NCBI GenBank assembly: GCA_963793265.1
Contig: CAWBZI010000004.1
Span: 96,001 to 160,000 of the forward strand
DNA length: 64,000 nt
Direction: 5' to 3'
DNA from: an uncultured cyanobacterium
GTDB taxonomy: Bacteria > Cyanobacteriota > Cyanobacteriia > Phormidesmidales > Phormidesmidaceae
Of this stretch, positions 59,485-64,000 are shown piece by piece. Within the stretch, counting starts at the first letter, position 1; every line of letters begins with the position of its first letter. A model generated the notes under the pieces. The model saw only the letters and a list, made by a program, of their open reading frames with translations, had not been told where the DNA came from and made no database searches. The position numbers and the translations under genes are program-made.

Positions 59485-59946
59485 CTACAGCGCCTTCTCT
59501 ATAGCTGCTTTTAGTGTAGCGTCGTCGGGCGCGGTGCGAGGGCCAAAGCGCTCTACGGTTTCGCCGTCTTTGTGTACTAAAAACTTGCCGAAGTTCCAGT
59601 CGATATCTGCGCCATCACCGATTAAGAACTGATAGAGGGGGCTGCGGTTTGTGCCGTTCACATCTTGCTTTTCGAGCAGGGTAAAATCTACGTCGTACTT
59701 GGATTTGGCGAAGTCTTTGATTTCTGCCGGGCTACCGGGCTCCTGCCCGCCGAACTGATTGCAGGGAACGCCGACGATGACAAGACCGCGGTCGCCATAT
59801 TCTTTTTCTAGGGCAACCAGACCGTTGTACTGAGGGGTGAGGCCGCACTTGCTGGCGACGTTGACAAATAGGACGACTTTGTTTGCGATCGCATCAGCAG
59901 GAAGTGCTGTGCCGTCGAGGGTAGTTAGATTATTAGGTAAAGCCAT
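59485..59946 (-). CDS. Glutathione peroxidase family protein (Cys type)
   Basis: NVASKCGLTPQY, PCNQFGGQEPG, WNFGKFLV. Confidence 0.93.
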   Translation of the reverse strand: MALPNNLTTLDGTALPADAIANKVVLFVNVASKCGLTPQYNGLVALEKEYGDRGLVIVGVPCNQFGGQEPGSPAEIKDFAKSKYDVDFTLLEKQDVNGTNRSPLYQFLIGDGADIDWNFGKFLVHKDGETVERFGPRTAPDDATLKAAIEKAL

Positions 59947-60054
59947 GTTTGATTCCAAGGTTGTAGGTTGGGGCACCGCTCAGAGATAATCTATCGAGCT
60001 ATGCAAGCGCTTATTGTAGGCGTCTTGAAGACAGTCTGTCTATGGAATAAGATA

Positions 60055-60083
60055 TTGTCTTTTTTAAAAGCGCCGTTCATAAT
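60055..60083 (+). promoter_or_regulatory. Putative sigma70-type promoter for the GST gene
   Basis: TTGTCT-17 nt-CATAAT, 65 nt before the ATG; AGGAG SD also present. Confidence 0.4.
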
Positions 60084-60148
60084 CAGATCATCTGTGAGAG
60101 AAGGCGTACCGTATGGTTTCTTCTCTAATTATATTTAGGAGAAGATCT

Positions 60149-61135
60149 ATGGGGCTTTTGATAGACGGAAAGTGGCAAGACAAGTGGTACGACACTGAAA
60201 GCACAGGCGGTAAGTTTGAGCGTAAGGCATCGCAATTTCGTAATTGGATAACGTCGGATGGAAGTGCTGGGCCGAGTGGGAAAGGTGGCTTTGCTGCTGA
60301 GCCAAATCGATACCATTTGTACATTTCGTACGCTTGCCCATGGGCGCATCGAACGATGATTTTTCGGGCTCTGAAGGGGCTTGAGGAGATGATTCCTTTT
60401 TCTTCTGTGGATTGGTTTATGGGCGATCGCGGTTGGACGTTTCAGTCAGACGAAGCGGTGGTTAAAGATCCGCTGTTTAATTCTGAATACGCCTACGAAA
60501 TTTACACCCAAGCTGATAAGAACTATACCGGACGAGTAACGGTGCCGATTCTTTGGGATAAGCAGACCGGAACGATTGTGAATAATGAGTCTTCTGAAAT
60601 TATTCGTATGTTCAACAGCGCCTTTGATGAGGTGGGCGCTAAGGAAGGAGACTACTATCCAGAGGCGCTGAGAGCTGAAATTGATGAGGTAAATGACCGC
60701 GTTTATCACACTGTAAATAATGGTGTGTACAAGTGTGGATTTGCGACGACGCAAGCGGCTTATGAAGAAGCGCTTTATCCTTTATTTGAGAGCTTGGACT
60801 GGCTAGAAGAAAGACTTTCAACCCGCCGCTACTTAATGGGCGATAAGCTGACTGAGGCAGACTGGCGGCTATTTACGACGCTGGTGCGATTCGATCCTGT
60901 GTATGTGGGCCACTTTAAATGCAATGTCCGCCGAATTGTAGACTATCCGAATCTATGGGGATATGTGCGTGAGCTGTATCAAATGCCAAAGATTGCGGAT
61001 ACCGTTGATTTTTCGCATATTAAGCAGCACTACTACAAAAGCCACGAAACGATAAATCCAACAAGGATCGTACCAGTCGGGCCAGTGCTTGACTTGATGG
61101 CCCCTCATGAGCGAGACAGACCTTTTGGGAGATAG
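60149..61135 (+). CDS. Glutathionyl-hydroquinone reductase (YqjG/ECM4 GST family)
   Basis: ACPWAHR, VTVPILWD, NNESSEI, NNGVYKCGF, RFDPVY. Confidence 0.93.
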   Translation: MGLLIDGKWQDKWYDTESTGGKFERKASQFRNWITSDGSAGPSGKGGFAAEPNRYHLYISYACPWAHRTMIFRALKGLEEMIPFSSVDWFMGDRGWTFQSDEAVVKDPLFNSEYAYEIYTQADKNYTGRVTVPILWDKQTGTIVNNESSEIIRMFNSAFDEVGAKEGDYYPEALRAEIDEVNDRVYHTVNNGVYKCGFATTQAAYEEALYPLFESLDWLEERLSTRRYLMGDKLTEADWRLFTTLVRFDPVYVGHFKCNVRRIVDYPNLWGYVRELYQMPKIADTVDFSHIKQHYYKSHETINPTRIVPVGPVLDLMAPHERDRPFGR

Positions 61136-61145
61136 CACCCGATAA

Positions 61146-61174
61146 AAGCGCCCGGATGATGTACCCAGGCGCTT
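61146..61174. terminator. Hairpin between convergent genes
   Basis: AAGCGCC...GGCGCTT stem. Confidence 0.5.
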
Positions 61175-61223
61175 ATGAAAACAAGCTCTACAGATGAGCT
61201 ATGTGCAGTTGTTAGATAGCGGT

Positions 61224-61865
61224 TTATCGAGAGCCGAATACCTGAGTCCAGTACCAGCGACCGTTTTTGGCATAGCCAACGCCCAGCGCCCGGTAGCTAG
61301 GATTAAGGAGATTTCGGCGGTGCCCTGGACTTTTCATCAAACTGTTCATCACTTCGCCCACAGAGTTTTGGCCATAGGCTACGTTTTCGGCAATACCGCC
61401 TGAATAGCCCTGTCTGCGAGTGCGATCGCCCAGCGATGAGCCTTTCGATCCGGTGTGGCTCATGCGTTTATGCCGGGCCATGTCTGTAGAGTGCAGGTGC
61501 GCTGCCATCATCAGCCGTCTGTCAATCCTCAGCGAAGGTCTACCGTACTTGCGCCGAACGCGGTTCACGGCATTGAGCATAGCAGTTGCCGTTTTGGACA
61601 CTCGCGCTGCCCTAGTTTTAACCTCTTCTTCTAGATCTTCAGGCTCGGATGTGAGATCTTCTGGAGACGATTCTTCTGTATCCTCTTCTAACTGATCTAT
61701 CTGCTTCAACAGTTCGACTAGCTCACTATCGGCAAGCGCCTCCTCTTCTTGTACAGTAACTTCGCTACCTTGCTCATCAACTGCGATCGCCTCACAGATA
61801 TCAAAGTCGGTAGATGTTTCCGGCTCGTTCAAAGTAGCCGTAGTCTGAATCTCTTTCTCGCTCAT
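61224..61865 (-). CDS. CAP (SCP) domain protein with acidic N-terminus
   Basis: HSTDMA, MSHTGS, AENVA, SPGHRRNLL, YWTQVFG; AGGAG SD before ATG 61865. Confidence 0.88.
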   Translation of the reverse strand: MSEKEIQTTATLNEPETSTDFDICEAIAVDEQGSEVTVQEEEALADSELVELLKQIDQLEEDTEESSPEDLTSEPEDLEEEVKTRAARVSKTATAMLNAVNRVRRKYGRPSLRIDRRLMMAAHLHSTDMARHKRMSHTGSKGSSLGDRTRRQGYSGGIAENVAYGQNSVGEVMNSLMKSPGHRRNLLNPSYRALGVGYAKNGRWYWTQVFGSR

Positions 61866-61988
61866 GACTGAACTCCTGTTCAATAGTTTAATTAATTGTT
61901 TTATCTTCTTTTCTCTCTTTAGTTTGAAAGAGATCGTGTTGAGAAGATGTCTTAAAGTTAAACGCTGATAGAAGCCATCGCATCTTAT

Positions 61989-62027
61989 AAATGTCATGTT
62001 CAAATGTCATGTTCAAATGTCATGTTC
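61989..62027. repeat. Tandem repeat 3 x 13 bp (AAATGTCATGTTC)
   Basis: Exact copies at 61989, 62002 and 62015. Confidence 0.95.
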
Positions 62028-62205
62028 ATCACGATAAATGTCACGAGCTAGGAAAAACATATTTGTAGTGACTGTTTTATCGTTGAATTGACGACATTTA
62101 AAGTAATTTTTTGAAGAGATTGCATAATTTCGGTGCTTTAATCCTGAGAATAAGCTGACCATTGAACGGTCTTGTTTAAATTCGTAGGAAGCACCCATCG
62201 CGCAT

Positions 62206-63720
62206 ATGAAAGTTGCTATTGTAGGAGCGGGTTTTGCAGGCTTAAGTACTGCTACAGTGCTCAAAGCTTGCGGTCACACCGTTACTATTTTTGAGAAAGA
62301 ACATGACGTAGGCGGCGTTTGGAGTGCTTCTCGCCGCTATCCAGGACTCACTACTCAGAACGTACGCTCAACCTATGCGCTCTCTGACTTTCCCTATCCA
62401 TCCGACTATCCAGAATGGCCTTCTGGCGAACAGGTTCAACGCTATTTAGAAGCCTACGTTCAGCACTTTGAGCTGCATAAAAATCTACGGTTGGGAACTG
62501 TCGTCACATCGGCTACGCCTGATCAGGAATCGGAGGGTTGGACTATTGCGAGCGATCGCGCAGAGACAACGACAACTGAAATGTTCGACTACCTTGTCGT
62601 CTGCAATGGAATTTTCTCTCAGCCTGTTGTTCCTAAGTTTGAAGGCTCTGAGGATTTTATCAGTAGGGGAGGGCGTATTCTGCACACCAGTGAATTTAAT
62701 CAAGTTGAGGACGCGAAAGATAAGCAGGTTTTGGTTATTGGTTACGGTAAGTCGGCCTGTGATGTGGCTCAGGCGGCTTCTACGGTAGCAGCAAGCACAA
62801 CGGTTGCGGCCAGACAGCTCATATGGAAAGTTCCTAAACGGCTGATGAATATTTTGAACTATAAGTATTTGCTCTTGACCCGTTTGGGAGAAGGGCTGTT
62901 TAGATACAGAAAGCTGCAGGGCTTTGAGAAGTTTTTACATGGTGTGGGTCAGCCGATCCGCAATACGATGCTGAACCAAGTCCGCTGGGTGGTGACCCGG
63001 CAGTGCGGCCTCAAGCCGCTCGACTTGGTGCCTGAGCAGCCTTTTGAGACGATTGCTCGAAGCACGGTTAGCTTAGTGAGCGATAATTTTTACGAGAGTA
63101 TTGCCAAAGGCAAGATGGCGGTTAAGAAGAACGCTGTGGTGTCGCGTATTGTGTCATCAGCGGCGCAGTCATTTGCTGAGCTGAGTACGGGCGATCGCAT
63201 CCCAACAGACATTATTATCTGTGGGACAGGCTGGACTCAGAGCGTCCCTTTCTTTACATCGGCGCTCAATGCCAAAATTCTCGATGCTCAGGGTAATTTT
63301 CGGCTTTACCGCTCTATGGTTCCGGTGGAGGTTCCCAACCTAGCCTTCAATGGCTATAACTCTTCTTTATTTAGTCAGCTAAACTGCGAGATAGGCGCGC
63401 TGTGGATTGCGAGTGTGATGAACAACAGCTTACGCTTACCCGCTCAATGCGATCAAAATGAAGCGATTGATCGACGACTGGAGTGGATGCAGCGCTTCAC
63501 AGAGGGTAAACATGCTAAGGGAACAAACATTATTCCATTCTCTATACATCATATCGATGAGCTACTTGAGGATATGAATTTGAGTGTAAGCCCTTTTATT
63601 CGACTAAAACAGTGGCTTTTACCCGTTGATCCTGGTGACTTTGCCTTTGCCAAGCAACGACTGCTCAAGCGATTTCTAAAGTCAAATGATGAAGGCCAAA
63701 GCTCAATAGATGACTGCTAG
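62206..63720 (+). CDS. Flavin-containing monooxygenase
   Basis: GAGFAG, GGVW, FxGxxxHxxxF-like, GYGKSACD, CGTGW. Confidence 0.92.
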   Translation: MKVAIVGAGFAGLSTATVLKACGHTVTIFEKEHDVGGVWSASRRYPGLTTQNVRSTYALSDFPYPSDYPEWPSGEQVQRYLEAYVQHFELHKNLRLGTVVTSATPDQESEGWTIASDRAETTTTEMFDYLVVCNGIFSQPVVPKFEGSEDFISRGGRILHTSEFNQVEDAKDKQVLVIGYGKSACDVAQAASTVAASTTVAARQLIWKVPKRLMNILNYKYLLLTRLGEGLFRYRKLQGFEKFLHGVGQPIRNTMLNQVRWVVTRQCGLKPLDLVPEQPFETIARSTVSLVSDNFYESIAKGKMAVKKNAVVSRIVSSAAQSFAELSTGDRIPTDIIICGTGWTQSVPFFTSALNAKILDAQGNFRLYRSMVPVEVPNLAFNGYNSSLFSQLNCEIGALWIASVMNNSLRLPAQCDQNEAIDRRLEWMQRFTEGKHAKGTNIIPFSIHHIDELLEDMNLSVSPFIRLKQWLLPVDPGDFAFAKQRLLKRFLKSNDEGQSSIDDC

Positions 63721-64000
63721 CCACCCCGCGCTACCGGCAGCAATTGCGGACAGTAAAAGGGAACTAAAGAGCCACCAGAGTGCGATCGCTGCCTGCTTTC
63801 GGGCTGCATCTGCCTGCGTCTGAATTTCTGTTTTAACGGCGGTGGCCTGCTCGTCAAGCTTTTCTTTGGCAATGCCTACCTGCTCTACTATTTTTTGCCT
63901 GGCGGTGTCTAGCGAGGCGCTATCGAGCAAGCTGCCTAGCTGATCTGTCTGAGACTGTAAGCTGCTCACCCAGGTGCCTACTTGTTTTGCAACAGAATTC
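63703..64000 (-). CDS. C-terminal part of a large helical membrane-anchored hypothetical protein (partial)
   Basis: Open frame from the window end; terminal TM LWWLFSSLLLSAIAAG. Confidence 0.65.
   Translation of the reverse strand, partial: NSVAKQVGTWVSSLQSQTDQLGSLLDSASLDTARQKIVEQVGIAKEKLDEQATAVKTEIQTQADAARKQAAIALWWLFSSLLLSAIAAGSAGWLAVIY

Noticed and set aside
59485..59946. Selenocysteine in the glutathione peroxidase or SelD
   Set aside because: Active-site codons are TGC/TGT; there is no in-frame TGA.

Overview
64-kb chromosomal segment of a cyanobacterium. The evidence is dense HIP1 octamers (GCGATCGC), gap2 and many cyanobacterial protein families. Most of the window is housekeeping: proA (partial), a polar amino-acid ABC operon, mazG, prmA-serA-hemW, murC-murB-ybaB, gap2, ppx, a glutathione peroxidase, a GST and an FMO. 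Accessory or unusual elements: a tnpA-less IS200/IS605 TnpB element with reconstructable ends (19446-20800); an Rpn/DUF4351 gene with a candidate internal start; a CryP-like cryptochrome with a plant-type Asp next to a REC-GGDEF-EAL gene; a selD-fusion/mnmH pair in which mnmH has a 1-nt frameshift; and a Wadjet jetABC operon whose jetD is cut at a HIP1 site and fused tail-to-tail with a decayed glgC. Local G/C skew also flips repeatedly at HIP1 octamers, even inside single genes. No rRNA, tRNA or CRISPR array was seen. All product calls come from recognising motifs by eye; no database search was run.
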